Source of the DNA: Ostreococcus lucimarinus
Taxonomy: Eukaryota
Length of the DNA: 64,000 nucleotides
Assembly (NCBI GenBank): GCA_000092065.1
Contig: CP000581.1
Reading direction: 5' to 3' (one strand)
Part shown: piece after piece, positions 42,191 through 52,073 of the stretch
Numbering within the stretch: the stretch's first letter is position 1
Layout of the letters: every line of letters starts with the position of its first letter
Program-made: the position numbers and the translations under genes
Notes under the pieces: generated by a model
The model's database searches: none
Told to the model about the DNA's origin: nothing
The model's input: only the letters and a program-made list of their open reading frames with translations

Positions 42191-42630
42191 CGCCTCGATC
42201 GATCGCGCCGTACGCGCACGTCGTCGTCGTCGTCGCGCGCGTTTGTCCCTGCCATCGCGTCGCCGTCGCGCGACGTTCCCCCGCGGCGTCGTCGGGCGCG
42301 AGCGACGCGCGCGCGGAGGACATGCGCGCCGTCGGCGACGGCTACGAACCGCGCGTCGTTCGCTCGACGCGATCGACGCGATCGACGCGCGCGACGCGCG
42401 ACCGACGACGGACGGGCGTCGCGGAATGACGCAACGGTCGCGGGGGGGAACGCGAACGGACCATTTTTAGGGAGAACGAGGAGAAGGAGCGAACGAGGCG
42501 CGCGCGACGCGGGCGACGCGGGACGACGCGGGAGTGGTGGTGCGATCATGTTGAAGCTAAATATGTCTGGGATCGTTAAAGCATCGATGCGCGCGCTCGG
42601 GAAGAGCGCGCGGGAACGAACGCGCGACGA

Positions 42631-44382
42631 CTAGTGACGGAAGTGTCGATGACCGGTGGTGACGAGGGCGACGCCGTACTTGTTGCACACGTCCACGGCG
42701 TCTTGGTCGCGCATGGAACCGCCGGGATGGGCGATGGCTTTGATGCCGGCCTGACACGCGATCTCCACGGAATCGCCCCAAGCGAAAGGGAAGAAGGCGT
42801 CCGAGGCGAGAACGGCGCCCTGCGCCTCTTCGCCCGCCTTTTCGAGGGCGATGCGAACAGAGTTCACGCGGTTGGGCTGGCCGGAGCCCATGCCGAGAAG
42901 TCGACCGGTGGTGGCGACGGTGATGGCGTTGGACTTGACGTGCTTGACCGCGCGCCAGGCAAACTTCAAGGCTTCGAGTTGCTCTGGCGTGGGTTTGACG
43001 TCAGAGACGGCTTCAAACGTAATGTCCTCGGGCACGAGAGAGTCCGAGGCTTGCTCGAGCCAGCCACCGCCGACTTGTCGCAAGCTCTTCGTTGATCCCG
43101 TGCGCGGCTTGGTTTCCAAGATGCGCAGCGTCTTGGACTTACCCTTCAACACCTCCAAACCTTCGGGAGTGTAGGACGGAGCGATGACGATTTCATAAAA
43201 CATGCGCGTCTCGTCGTCGGTGGGAGAGCGGAACTCGCGAATTTCTCGCGCCATGTCCGCATCGACCGTACAGTTGAAGGCGACGATGCCACCGAACGCG
43301 GAGATCGGATCGGCGCGAACCGCCATGCGGTAAGCTTCGAGCAAATCGCCATTGGCGCCGCTCGCGCTCGCGATGCCGCACGGGTTGGTGTGCTTGACGA
43401 TGACGCACGTCGGATCGCTCGTCGGGTAATCGCACGCGCACCCGTACGCGGCGTCGGCATCGAGATAGTTGTTGTAACTCATTTCCTTGCCGTGATGCTG
43501 GATCGATCGCGCCACGCCCTCGCCCGTAGACTCGGCGAGCGAACCATCCGCGTATACCGCGGCGGGTTGGTGCGGGTTCTCCCCGTATCGCAGCGCCGCC
43601 GTGAGCGTCATCGGCACCGAAAGCTCGGGCGCTGGGGCACCCTCGCCGATTTGACTCCACAAGTATTCCGAAACCACGGAGTCGTACGAGGCGCAGTGTT
43701 GGAACGCCTTCCACGCCAACTCGCGCTTGAACTTCAAGTCGTCCGCCGCGCTCGGCGAACTCTTCAAATGTTCAATCAACTTTTCGTAATCGTTCGGATC
43801 GACGACGACGTACACGTGCGGGTGGTTCTTCGCCGCCGCCCGAATCATCGCCGGTCCACCGATATCGATGTTCTCCACGCACTGCGCGAAATCTCCTCCG
43901 CCCGCCACGGTTTCCCGAAACGGGTACAGGTTCACCGCCACGACGTCGATGGTATCGATCCCATGCTTCGCGATCGCCTCCATGTGCGACGCGTCCTCAC
44001 GTTTCGCCAGTATACCTCCGTGCACGCCCGGATGCAGCGTCTTCACGCGTCCATCGAGCATCTCAGGGAATCCCGTCACCGCGTCCACGCTCGTCACCGC
44101 CGTCCCGCTCGCCTCGATCGCCTTCGCGCTCCCGCCCGTGGACACGATTTCGTACCCCAATCCCGCCAGCCCTCTCGCGAGTTCGTTCATCTGGCTCTTA
44201 TCGCTCACGCTCACCAGCGCTCGCTTCGCGCTCGCGCGCGGGGCCACCGCGCGCGCGCGCCGCGTCGCCGTCACCGCCGCCGCGCGCCGTCCCATCGCGC
44301 GCGTTCGCGTCTCGCTCGAGCCCATCGACGCGAACCGCGCGCCGGGCGTCACCGCGAGCGCCACGGTGGTCGTCGTCGCCAT
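42631..44382 (-). CDS. purH: Bifunctional AICAR transformylase / IMP cyclohydrolase (PurH/ATIC) with a plastid-type presequence.
   Basis: ALVSVSDKS...GLGYEIVSTGGSAKAIEASG...GRVKTLHPGVHGGILA...NLYPF...DIGGPAMIRAAAKNH... across the full length. First ATG at 44382 (MATTTTVALAVT...); the ORF-track start is GTG. Confidence 0.93.
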   Translation of the reverse strand: MATTTTVALAVTPGARFASMGSSETRTRAMGRRAAAVTATRRARAVAPRASAKRALVSVSDKSQMNELARGLAGLGYEIVSTGGSAKAIEASGTAVTSVDAVTGFPEMLDGRVKTLHPGVHGGILAKREDASHMEAIAKHGIDTIDVVAVNLYPFRETVAGGGDFAQCVENIDIGGPAMIRAAAKNHPHVYVVVDPNDYEKLIEHLKSSPSAADDLKFKRELAWKAFQHCASYDSVVSEYLWSQIGEGAPAPELSVPMTLTAALRYGENPHQPAAVYADGSLAESTGEGVARSIQHHGKEMSYNNYLDADAAYGCACDYPTSDPTCVIVKHTNPCGIASASGANGDLLEAYRMAVRADPISAFGGIVAFNCTVDADMAREIREFRSPTDDETRMFYEIVIAPSYTPEGLEVLKGKSKTLRILETKPRTGSTKSLRQVGGGWLEQASDSLVPEDITFEAVSDVKPTPEQLEALKFAWRAVKHVKSNAITVATTGRLLGMGSGQPNRVNSVRIALEKAGEEAQGAVLASDAFFPFAWGDSVEIACQAGIKAIAHPGGSMRDQDAVDVCNKYGVALVTTGHRHFRH

Positions 44383-44720
44383 CGTCCTCGTCCTCGTCGC
44401 GCCGCGCGTCCGTCGCGCGCCGTCGTCCGCCGTCGCGCGTCGTCGCCGGCGCGCGCGCCGGCGGTTTTCAAACACAATCGGACATCCGGGTATGCGTAGC
44501 AGTGTATACCCTAACGACGCGTTTATTCGCGCGCGATGACGCGCGATCACGTACGATGGGACGCTCGAACGCCATCGATGGCGCACCGATCGCGCGTCGC
44601 GCGTCGACCCGTTCGCGATTCGCGCGCGTCGCGCGACGCGCGCCGCGGAACGACGCGCGCGCGATTCGCGAGGCCGGGATCGGAGACGAACGCGAGACGA
44701 TCTCGACGCCGGCGCGCGCG

Positions 44721-45686
44721 ATGACGCGCGCCGATGGACGTCGGCGACGCGCGCGAGGCGGGCGCGCGAGGCGGGCGCGGGCGACGCGCGTCCTGGGAAC
44801 GTGCGCGGTCGCCGCCGCGCGTCTCGCGCGCGCGGTGCCGGGTGCAGTGGCGTTTAGCAATTTGACGGCACTGCAGACGCGGGTGGACGATTGCGCGTCG
44901 ACGGACCCGACGTTCGCGACGTGCGTGGACAACGGCGTCGCAATCGGTTCTTGGGACGTCAGCCTGGTGACCTCAATGAGACAACTGTTCAAGGATAAGC
45001 AGTCGTTCAACGTCGATATCTCGGCGTGGAACGTGGGTCAGGTGACGGATATGTTTAACATGTTTTCGAACGCGATCTCGTTCAATCAAAACATCGGGGG
45101 TTGGGACGTGTCCTCGGTGACGCAGATGTATCAAATGTTTCACAACGCCACAGTATTCAACCAAGACATCAGCGGTTGGACCGTCGCCCAGGTGCAGGAC
45201 ATGGCATACATGTTCTCCGAAGCCAAGGCGTTCGACAAGGACATCACCAGTTGGAGTAATTATACTGGATCCGGTTCCCCCGTTTACGTGCAGATGTTTG
45301 TTGGCGCCACGGCGTGGAACGCGGCGTGGGGTCGACCCGGCGGCTTGCAGAACTTCGACGGACCAGCGAGCGTGTGGGCGGTCGACGGCACGTACACTCC
45401 ACCGCCACCACCACCGAGCCCACCACCGCCGAGTCCGCCGCCACCACCGAGCCCACCGCCGCCGAGCCCGCCGCCGGCGGACGTGCCCACGTACGGCATA
45501 GGCATCATGATGGGCGGCGGTCTGCTGTGCGTATTTTTCGGCTACAAGTACTACCGACGACGTCAAAAAGCGCGCGCGCCCGCCGTGAGCATCAAAGATC
45601 GCATGGATGAGGACGAAGAAGCCATGACTAAGTCGACGGTGGAATTCTTCGACAAGTTGGACAGCGGCCGCATCAAGTCGCCGTAA
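44721..45686 (+). CDS. DUF285 (Mycoplasma-type 26-residue repeat, BspA-like) surface protein with a Pro-rich stalk, TM helix and short cytoplasmic tail.
   Basis: Repeats WDVSLVTSMRQLF / ISAWNVGQVTDMFNMF / IGGWDVSSVTQMYQMF / ISGWTVAQVQDMAYMF / ITSW. Then PPPPPPSPPPPSPPPPPSPPPPSPPP, TM YGIGIMMGGGLLCVFFGY and a basic tail. Signal-like N-terminus from ATG 44721. Confidence 0.75.
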   Translation: MTRADGRRRRARGGRARRARATRVLGTCAVAAARLARAVPGAVAFSNLTALQTRVDDCASTDPTFATCVDNGVAIGSWDVSLVTSMRQLFKDKQSFNVDISAWNVGQVTDMFNMFSNAISFNQNIGGWDVSSVTQMYQMFHNATVFNQDISGWTVAQVQDMAYMFSEAKAFDKDITSWSNYTGSGSPVYVQMFVGATAWNAAWGRPGGLQNFDGPASVWAVDGTYTPPPPPPSPPPPSPPPPPSPPPPSPPPADVPTYGIGIMMGGGLLCVFFGYKYYRRRQKARAPAVSIKDRMDEDEEAMTKSTVEFFDKLDSGRIKSP

Positions 45687-46450
45687 ACCTCGCCTTCGTC
45701 GCCGTCCTCCGCGACTTGACGTCGCGCGTTCGCTCGTGTAAATTATTGTACCCTTCATTGACACGCGTTCGCACGCGTACCATCGGTGCGCGCGCACAGA
45801 CCGCGCGGCTACGCGTCGCCGCGCCTCCGGCGTCGCCGCGAGACCGACCGACCGACCGCGACGGCGTCGAAAAATATCTTCGAAATCGCAACCAATCGAA
45901 TCGAGCCGCCGCGCGTGCCGCGTCAGCCGATTTTTACCACACATGGGCGAATCTTCGCTCGAATACGACAAAGGCCCCCCCCGACGCGCGTGCGGATAGG
46001 GCGTCGGTCGCGGCGCGCGCGCGGCACTTCGCGCCGACGCTTCGCGGCGTCCGTCGCGGCGCGCATGCTCCCCGCGGGCGCGCTCGCGCGCTCGATCGAA
46101 CGCGCGGATACGGACACGCGTCGATCGGCGAGCGATGCGCGCGGCGTCGACGCGAACGGCGACGGCGACGGCGACGACGCGCGCGAGGCGGTCGCCCGCG
46201 GCGGCGCGCGCGCGCGCGCGAACGGCGCGACGACGCCGCGCGCGATGGACACCGAGGTGCGTCGAGCGCGCGATCCGATGAGTATAATTACGACGCGCGA
46301 ATTTACGCGCCGCACGGGCCGCGACGGCGCGCGAGGCGCGCGAGGCGCGCGCGATTTCGCGTGCGTCTCCGCGACGGACGTTCGGCGGCGCGCCGACGCT
46401 TCGATGCGAGTGGGCGCGCGTCACGCGCGCGGCGATGGAGACGCGCGACG

Positions 46451-47353
46451 ATGGAGGCGCGCGACGATGGAGAAACGTTTCTTCGCGATGCGCGTTCGTG
46501 CGGGGACGCCGCGGCGCGCGAGACGAACGACGGGGGAGGTCGAGCGCGGGTGTGCTTGCCGCGGGTCGTTTCAAGCTTCGGCACTTTCGGGTGTGGGGAG
46601 AGGCGAAGAGGAGAAGAGAAGACGAGGAGACGCGCGAAGGCGCGCGCGAAGGCGACGGCATCGACTGACGTAAAATTATTTAAATCTTCCACGCAGGCGC
46701 TGAAGAGTCTGAATCCCGCGCACCTGAAGGCGCTGCTCGGACAAGAAGTGCTCATGACGCTGAGCGACGGGACGACGAGGCAGGGGACGGTGTACTCTCT
46801 GGATCCGGAGTCGTTCACCATCGTGCTCGCCACGGGAACGGACGGTGTGCGCGCGAATGGCTCGTTGCGAGACGATGCGTGCGTGATCGTGCCCGGGCAC
46901 GCGGTAAAGGCGGTGGAGGTTGTGGGGGGGAACGCGCTCGCGCTGGACGCGCTGAGTAAGACAAAGACAAACGGGAACGGGTGGATGACGAGCGGCGGTG
47001 AACAAGGAGACGCGATGACGAAGGCCATGAAGTCGATGAGTGCCTCGAGAACGAATTCTTGGGGGGCAAATAGCACGTACGCCGGCATGACGGCACTCCT
47101 GAAACCGAGCGCTGGGACGCAGTTGGAGAGAGTCAAGCGGTGCTTACGCGCCAACATGGTGCCTTTCACGGAACGTCCGGCGCCAGATGGGCCGGGTGAC
47201 GTCGAATTGCTCGTTCTTGGCTCGCTCGTCGTGAGTTACCCGTTCACCGCGGATTCCTGCGCGTGCCCGAACGAAATAGTTCTCGCGCGCGTGCGAGAAC
47301 TCATCACCGCCGGGTGCCCGGAAGTCGCCAACGGAGCGCAGAGCGTGGCGTAG
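46451..47353 (+). CDS. Sm-like (LSM/Gemin-type) domain protein. The 5' structure is uncertain.
   Basis: LKALLGQEVLMTLSDGTTRQGTVYSLDPESFTIVLATG has an Sm-fold signature. First in-frame ATG at 46451, preceded by a GC-rich low-complexity stretch. An upstream exon cannot be excluded. Confidence 0.5.
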   Translation: MEARDDGETFLRDARSCGDAAARETNDGGGRARVCLPRVVSSFGTFGCGERRRGEEKTRRRAKARAKATASTDVKLFKSSTQALKSLNPAHLKALLGQEVLMTLSDGTTRQGTVYSLDPESFTIVLATGTDGVRANGSLRDDACVIVPGHAVKAVEVVGGNALALDALSKTKTNGNGWMTSGGEQGDAMTKAMKSMSASRTNSWGANSTYAGMTALLKPSAGTQLERVKRCLRANMVPFTERPAPDGPGDVELLVLGSLVVSYPFTADSCACPNEIVLARVRELITAGCPEVANGAQSVA

Positions 47354-47552
47354 CCGAGACGAGAGGGAGAGACACGCACGCTTAAACACATTCAAACAGT
47401 AAGAGAGGGGAATAGAGCACATACATAGAGGATGGTTGTTTCTAGAGAGGAACAAATTCAACGTTCGATGACGAGTCCTAGCGGCGCGCAAATACATACT
47501 GCAATGCAAAATAGAAAATTTTAGAAACTGCTCTTGTTGATTGAAATAATCC

Positions 47553-48857
47553 CTAGTTGACGCCCGCTGCGACGCTCTCATCTTCGGCTCTCAAAGTATC
47601 GACGCCGCGTGCGAGTGCGGCGCCGAACTCGAGCGTTCGAGGACGTGCAGCCGGCTTTGGCGGCGCCTCTCTGTTCGCCGCGCACGCGAGAGAAAAAGCG
47701 CGATACGCATCGAGTAATCTTTGCGATGGCTTTGCCTGCGGAATGATCGGACGTTTGATCGCTCGGACGTACGTTTTCGCGAGTACCAACTCTAACTGTG
47801 CTTCCATTCTTTGCTTTCGCGCGACGGTTAACTTTCGAAGCGCGAGATCTTCCCTGGACGGCGTCTTTTCCTCCACCGGCGCGATGGCGCGCTTCTTCGT
47901 CGCGGCGGGGGTCTGGAAAGCCTTCACGACCGTCTTGGTGTCTTTTGCCACCGATTGCGCTGGCGGTGTCTTTCTCTTCTTCGCCGCCGGCGCGACCTCT
48001 GTCGGCGTCGCTTCCTTCTTCGCCGCGGCGCCGTTCGAGTCCCTGAGCACTCCGGCTCCGCTTCGCTTGACGCGTGCACCGATCTCGCGCTGCTCGATCG
48101 CTTTCTTTCTAGCGATGGGTTTGTTTTCCTTTTCAGCGACGTCGACGACCTCGATCGCCGTCGTCTGCACGGAGTTCGATCCGCGCGTCGTCCTCGCGCT
48201 CGTCCGCGTCGGTTTCTTCTCCGTCGGCGTCGCCGCGACGTCGTCCAAAGTCTTGGACAAAACGATCGGCGTCACCGCCGCCGCCTTGGAAGAACGTTCT
48301 CGACTTTTCGTCCCCGTCGTTTTCGTCACCGTCGTCGCGCTCGCTCGTTTCGTCTCCTTCTCCCGCGTCGTCTTCTCCCGCGGCTTCGTTCGCGCGTTCG
48401 CCCCCCCCTCGCCCTCTCTCGCGTCGTCCCCCCGCAGCGCCAGCGTGCGATCGAACGTCTTCATCTCAATTTTTTGCCCGCTCCCGATCGCGTTCGCCAC
48501 GCGCGCCGCGACGCCGTCCGCGACGACCTCTGAGAAATCCCGCAGCGCCGACGGCCCCGGCGCGTGTCGCCCCACGAGCGGGTCCCACGCCCACGGCGCC
48601 AGACTCGCCAGTTCCTTCTCCACCCTCGACCGTCGCTTCCCGCGCGTCGTCGACGTCGAGCTCGAATCCATCGTCGCCCGCGTCGTCGTCGTCGCGCGCG
48701 GCGCCGGCGTTCGCGGCTCCGCGTCGCGCGTCCCGCGTCGCGCGTCGCCCGTCGTCGCTCGCCCCTTCGCGTCGCGCGTCGTCGCGAGCGCGGGCGTCAT
48801 CGCGGAGCTCTCCGCCATCGCGCGCGCGAGCTGCTGTCGCTCCGTCAGTCTCGACAT
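47553..48857 (-). CDS. Basic, Lys/Ala/Thr-rich low-complexity protein (possible chromatin or microtubule-associated factor).
   Basis: ATG at 48857 (the ORF-track start is TTG). Long K/T/A-rich sequence with a conserved-looking C-terminus EDLALRKLTVARKQRMEAQLELVLAKTYVRAIKRPIIP. Confidence 0.4.
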   Translation of the reverse strand: MSRLTERQQLARAMAESSAMTPALATTRDAKGRATTGDARRGTRDAEPRTPAPRATTTTRATMDSSSTSTTRGKRRSRVEKELASLAPWAWDPLVGRHAPGPSALRDFSEVVADGVAARVANAIGSGQKIEMKTFDRTLALRGDDAREGEGGANARTKPREKTTREKETKRASATTVTKTTGTKSRERSSKAAAVTPIVLSKTLDDVAATPTEKKPTRTSARTTRGSNSVQTTAIEVVDVAEKENKPIARKKAIEQREIGARVKRSGAGVLRDSNGAAAKKEATPTEVAPAAKKRKTPPAQSVAKDTKTVVKAFQTPAATKKRAIAPVEEKTPSREDLALRKLTVARKQRMEAQLELVLAKTYVRAIKRPIIPQAKPSQRLLDAYRAFSLACAANREAPPKPAARPRTLEFGAALARGVDTLRAEDESVAAGVN

Positions 48858-49088
48858 TTCACGTTCGTCGTCGTCGTGTGCCGCGTCGTTCGCGCTCAAA
48901 TGCGCGAACGCGTCGTCCGCGTCGTCGCGCGCGTTTGAATTCGAACGCGCGCGACGTCAATCGTCGGACGACCACTGAGGGCGGACCCGAGATGGCGCTA
49001 TGACGGATCCAAATACCACTAAAGCGGACCCAAACTACTTAAAGCGGACCCAAACGAGGTTACATATTTAACATTCTTTTTACAGTAG

Positions 49089-50888
49089 ATGGACAAAAAA
49101 CAGTATTTTTTCTCAATCGTCCGAACGGCCTCGCGCGCGCGAACGGTCGCGTGCTCGAGTCGCGATCGGTCGCGTGAAACACGCGCGTCGTGCACACGCC
49201 ACCAGTCGGGTCGCGACACCACGTCGTGCACACGCCACCAGTCGGGTCGCGACACCACGACCGTCGCGGCGACGCGCGGCGCGCGCGCGCGGCGACGCGC
49301 GACGATGGCGCGCGACGACGACGACGACGACGACGACCGGGCGTCGATCGCGCGCGCGAAGGCGGCGCTCGATGCGCTCGCGCGAGGCGAGCTGCGCGCG
49401 CGCGCGACGGCGACGGCGCGAGGCGCGCGCGCGGTGGCACACTTTGCGAAGACGCGGACGCGCGGCGGCGCGACGACGAGGACGAGGGACGACGGTGCGC
49501 GCGATGGAGGCGAGGGAATCGCGCCGAGGGCGCTGGTGTGCGTGTTCGAACGACCGCGACGCGCGCGGGACGAACGGGACGGGAGCGAGAGCGAGAGCGA
49601 GAGCGAGAGCGAGACGGCGGAGACGACGGCGGGCGCGGCGTACGGGACGCGAGTGGAAATTCGACGGTGGACGCGCGATTCGAACGTCGGGGGTGACGGT
49701 GACGGTGATCGCGACGATGACGCGATGGATGGCGATGGGACGATGGATTCAGACTCCGAGGACGCGTACGGGGGGTACTCGAGCAGTTCGAGCGAGGACG
49801 TCGTCAAGCGGATGAAACGTTTGCGAACTCGACCGCTGGGAACGTGCGAGAGGATCGCGTTGACGGATGACGATAAACCACACGTGGGGAGCATCAGAGC
49901 GTTTCGCGCCAGCGCGGATGGGAAGTGGTTCATCACCGCTGGGGACGATAAGTTGGTCAAACTGTGGAGCGTGGACGGTTGGCGATGCGCGCGCACGATT
50001 TGTGGCTCCAAGAAAATTTCGTCCGCGTGCTTCACGCCAGATTCCAAGCATTTCATATTCGCAGACAAGTTCGGCGAGGTACACGCGTGTGAGATAGGTT
50101 CAGATAAAGAGCCCGTGTTGATGTTGGGACATTGTTCGACAATCATCACCGACGTCGAGTGCGTCGAGGGCGGAGACCGCGGGTACTTGCTCACGGCGGA
50201 TCGAGAACACAAGACGCGCGTCAGCGTGCTTCCAAAGCCTGAAGACCGCACTCGCTTCAGCGGTTCGGCGCCAGAGATTCAATCGTTTTGCTACGGTCAC
50301 AGTGCATACGTGTCTTGCGTTCGACCGATTGTTCAGCCCGCGCGAAAGAAGAAGACTTGGAAGTCGACGAAGGATGTCTTTCTCACCGGCGGCGGCGACG
50401 CCTCGGTGCGCATGTGGGACGCGACGACGGGGAAAGAGACGGACCCACACGGCGCGATCGAGTTCCATCGGGGTGAAATCTGCGATATCGCCACTCGCGC
50501 GGAGGGAACACACGTCGCGGTGGCGATTGAAAACAAAAAGGCGCTCGCCGTCGTGCATCTCACCGAGTTTCGAGGCGTGCCGAAACTTTTCCTCGTCGGA
50601 TTCGGACCGGAGTGGACTGAATCACCGCAATCGATTAAATTTGATAGAAACATGGTTTTGTGGGGTACGGGCGTGCGCGCGAATGAGGATGGCTCTAATA
50701 CCGCCGTAATCATGCGCGAAGGTACCGTCGTCGACGGATTGGAGTTGACGCTGAGCGCGGAGGAGAGCTCGGGGACGACGCGTAACGCGCAGCTACGCAA
50801 GAGAGAGATCACAGATCAGGAGCGACATGAACGCAAGAAGAATCGGAAAGACATGCAGTTAAAGGCGGCGAACGTAGAAAAGAAGTGA
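49089..50888 (+). CDS. WD40-repeat protein, WDR4/Trm82-like (non-catalytic subunit of tRNA m7G46 methyltransferase). The N-terminal acidic extension is uncertain.
   Basis: WD repeats (GKWFITAGDDKLVKLWSV; FADKFGEVHACEI resembling the WDR4 ADKFGDVY motif; GGGDASVRMWD). ATG at 49089; an alternative start is [11 protein letters not shown] at 49303. Confidence 0.6.
   Translation: MDKKQYFFSIVRTASRARTVACSSRDRSRETRASCTRHQSGRDTTSCTRHQSGRDTTTVAATRGARARRRATMARDDDDDDDDRASIARAKAALDALARGELRARATATARGARAVAHFAKTRTRGGATTRTRDDGARDGGEGIAPRALVCVFERPRRARDERDGSESESESESETAETTAGAAYGTRVEIRRWTRDSNVGGDGDGDRDDDAMDGDGTMDSDSEDAYGGYSSSSSEDVVKRMKRLRTRPLGTCERIALTDDDKPHVGSIRAFRASADGKWFITAGDDKLVKLWSVDGWRCARTICGSKKISSACFTPDSKHFIFADKFGEVHACEIGSDKEPVLMLGHCSTIITDVECVEGGDRGYLLTADREHKTRVSVLPKPEDRTRFSGSAPEIQSFCYGHSAYVSCVRPIVQPARKKKTWKSTKDVFLTGGGDASVRMWDATTGKETDPHGAIEFHRGEICDIATRAEGTHVAVAIENKKALAVVHLTEFRGVPKLFLVGFGPEWTESPQSIKFDRNMVLWGTGVRANEDGSNTAVIMREGTVVDGLELTLSAEESSGTTRNAQLRKREITDQERHERKKNRKDMQLKAANVEKK
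49187..49258 (+). repeat. Perfect 36-bp tandem duplication (x2) in the N-terminal region of the WDR4-like ORF, encoding SCTRHQSGRDTT twice.
   Basis: gtcgtgcacacgccaccagtcgggtcgcgacaccac repeated head-to-tail and in frame. Confidence 0.8.
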
Positions 50889-50925
50889 TGAAATAAAATA
50901 TATAATAACATCGTTTCGCGCATCT

Positions 50926-51939
50926 CTACGGAAATCGTTTAAACTTGGAAAAGTCTGGCTTGCGCCCTTCTAAGAACGCTCGTCGACCTTCGTTACCCTC
51001 TTCTGATTGATAAAATAGCAGCGTTGCGCTTCCACCGAGATCTTGAATGCCCGCTTGCCCGTCCTCGGCCGCATTCAATGCATTTTTACACAGTCGAATT
51101 GCCGTCGGCGAATTGCGCAAAATCTCTCGACACCACACCGCCGTCTCCGTCTCGAGTTCGGCTAAAGGTACCACCGTGTTCACCAATCCCATCTTCAACG
51201 CATCGCTCGCGTTGTATAAACGCGCTAAGAACCACATCTCTCTCGCCTTCTTTTGACCTATCAACCGCGCCATGTGCGTACTTCCGTAACCGGCGTCGAA
51301 CGATCCCACCTTTGGCCCCGTCTGGCCGAACACGGCGTTATCCGCGGCGATGGTCAGATCGCACACCATGTGCAGAATGTGTCCTCCTCCGACCGCGTAC
51401 CCCGCCACGCTCGCGATCACGGGTTTCGGCATCCTTCGTATCTGCATCTGTAAGTCCAACACATTCAATCTCGGCGTCTCCTCCGCTCCTCCCGCCTTGG
51501 CGTCGACGTATCCGCCGTCGCCCCTCGCGCTCTGATCGCCGCCGCTACAAAACGCCAGATCTCCCATCCCGCGCATCACCACGACCCCGATCGTCATATC
51601 ATCTCTCGCGTCGTCCATGCACCATCGCATCTCCTTCACCGTTCGCGGCGTGAACGCGTTTCTACGTTCGGGTCGATTTATGGTCACCCGCGCGATGCCC
51701 TCTGGAGACTTTTCATAAATCACGTCGCGCAATTCGTAATGCGACGCCACCGAGCGTTCATCCGCGCCCGGCGCGCACTTCACCCACGAAACGGGATCAC
51801 GACTGACGTCACCGTGCACGCGCTCGTACGAGCTCACGCGCGCGGCGTCGGCGCGGGCGTAGGTTTGTCGCGAGAAGCCGTCGTCGGCAGCCGTGACGTG
51901 ATTCGCAATTTGCGCCACGCGACGTCTCGCGTCGTCCAT
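50926..51939 (-). CDS. menB: 1,4-dihydroxy-2-naphthoyl-CoA synthase (MenB, naphthoate synthase), crotonase fold.
   Basis: [30 protein letters not shown]...[12 protein letters not shown]...[49 protein letters not shown]...[31 protein letters not shown]...[12 protein letters not shown], full-length MenB. ATG verified at 51939. Confidence 0.93.
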   Translation of the reverse strand: MDDARRRVAQIANHVTAADDGFSRQTYARADAARVSSYERVHGDVSRDPVSWVKCAPGADERSVASHYELRDVIYEKSPEGIARVTINRPERRNAFTPRTVKEMRWCMDDARDDMTIGVVVMRGMGDLAFCSGGDQSARGDGGYVDAKAGGAEETPRLNVLDLQMQIRRMPKPVIASVAGYAVGGGHILHMVCDLTIAADNAVFGQTGPKVGSFDAGYGSTHMARLIGQKKAREMWFLARLYNASDALKMGLVNTVVPLAELETETAVWCREILRNSPTAIRLCKNALNAAEDGQAGIQDLGGSATLLFYQSEEGNEGRRAFLEGRKPDFSKFKRFP

Positions 51940-52073
51940 CGCGGTCGCGCGCGCGGCGTGATTTATTATCCTCTCGCGACGCGCGCGACGACTCAGCGCG
52001 CGCGCGGAGCGACGATGAGTGTGGACGGACGCGAGGCGCGAAAGTGGATAAAGCGAGCGCGCTCGCGCGTGCG

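Noticed and set aside
44973-46661. 562-aa minus-strand ORF antisense to the DUF285 gene.
   Set aside because: Pro/Arg/Trp-rich nonsense reading of the SPPPP-repeat complement and a GC island. It is a shadow ORF.
46669-46695. gtaaaatt...ccacgcag looking like a 27-nt intron before the Sm-domain exon.
   Set aside because: Far shorter than the two supported introns (116 and 203 nt). The reading frame is already continuous through it. It is more likely an AT-rich segment within the 5' region.
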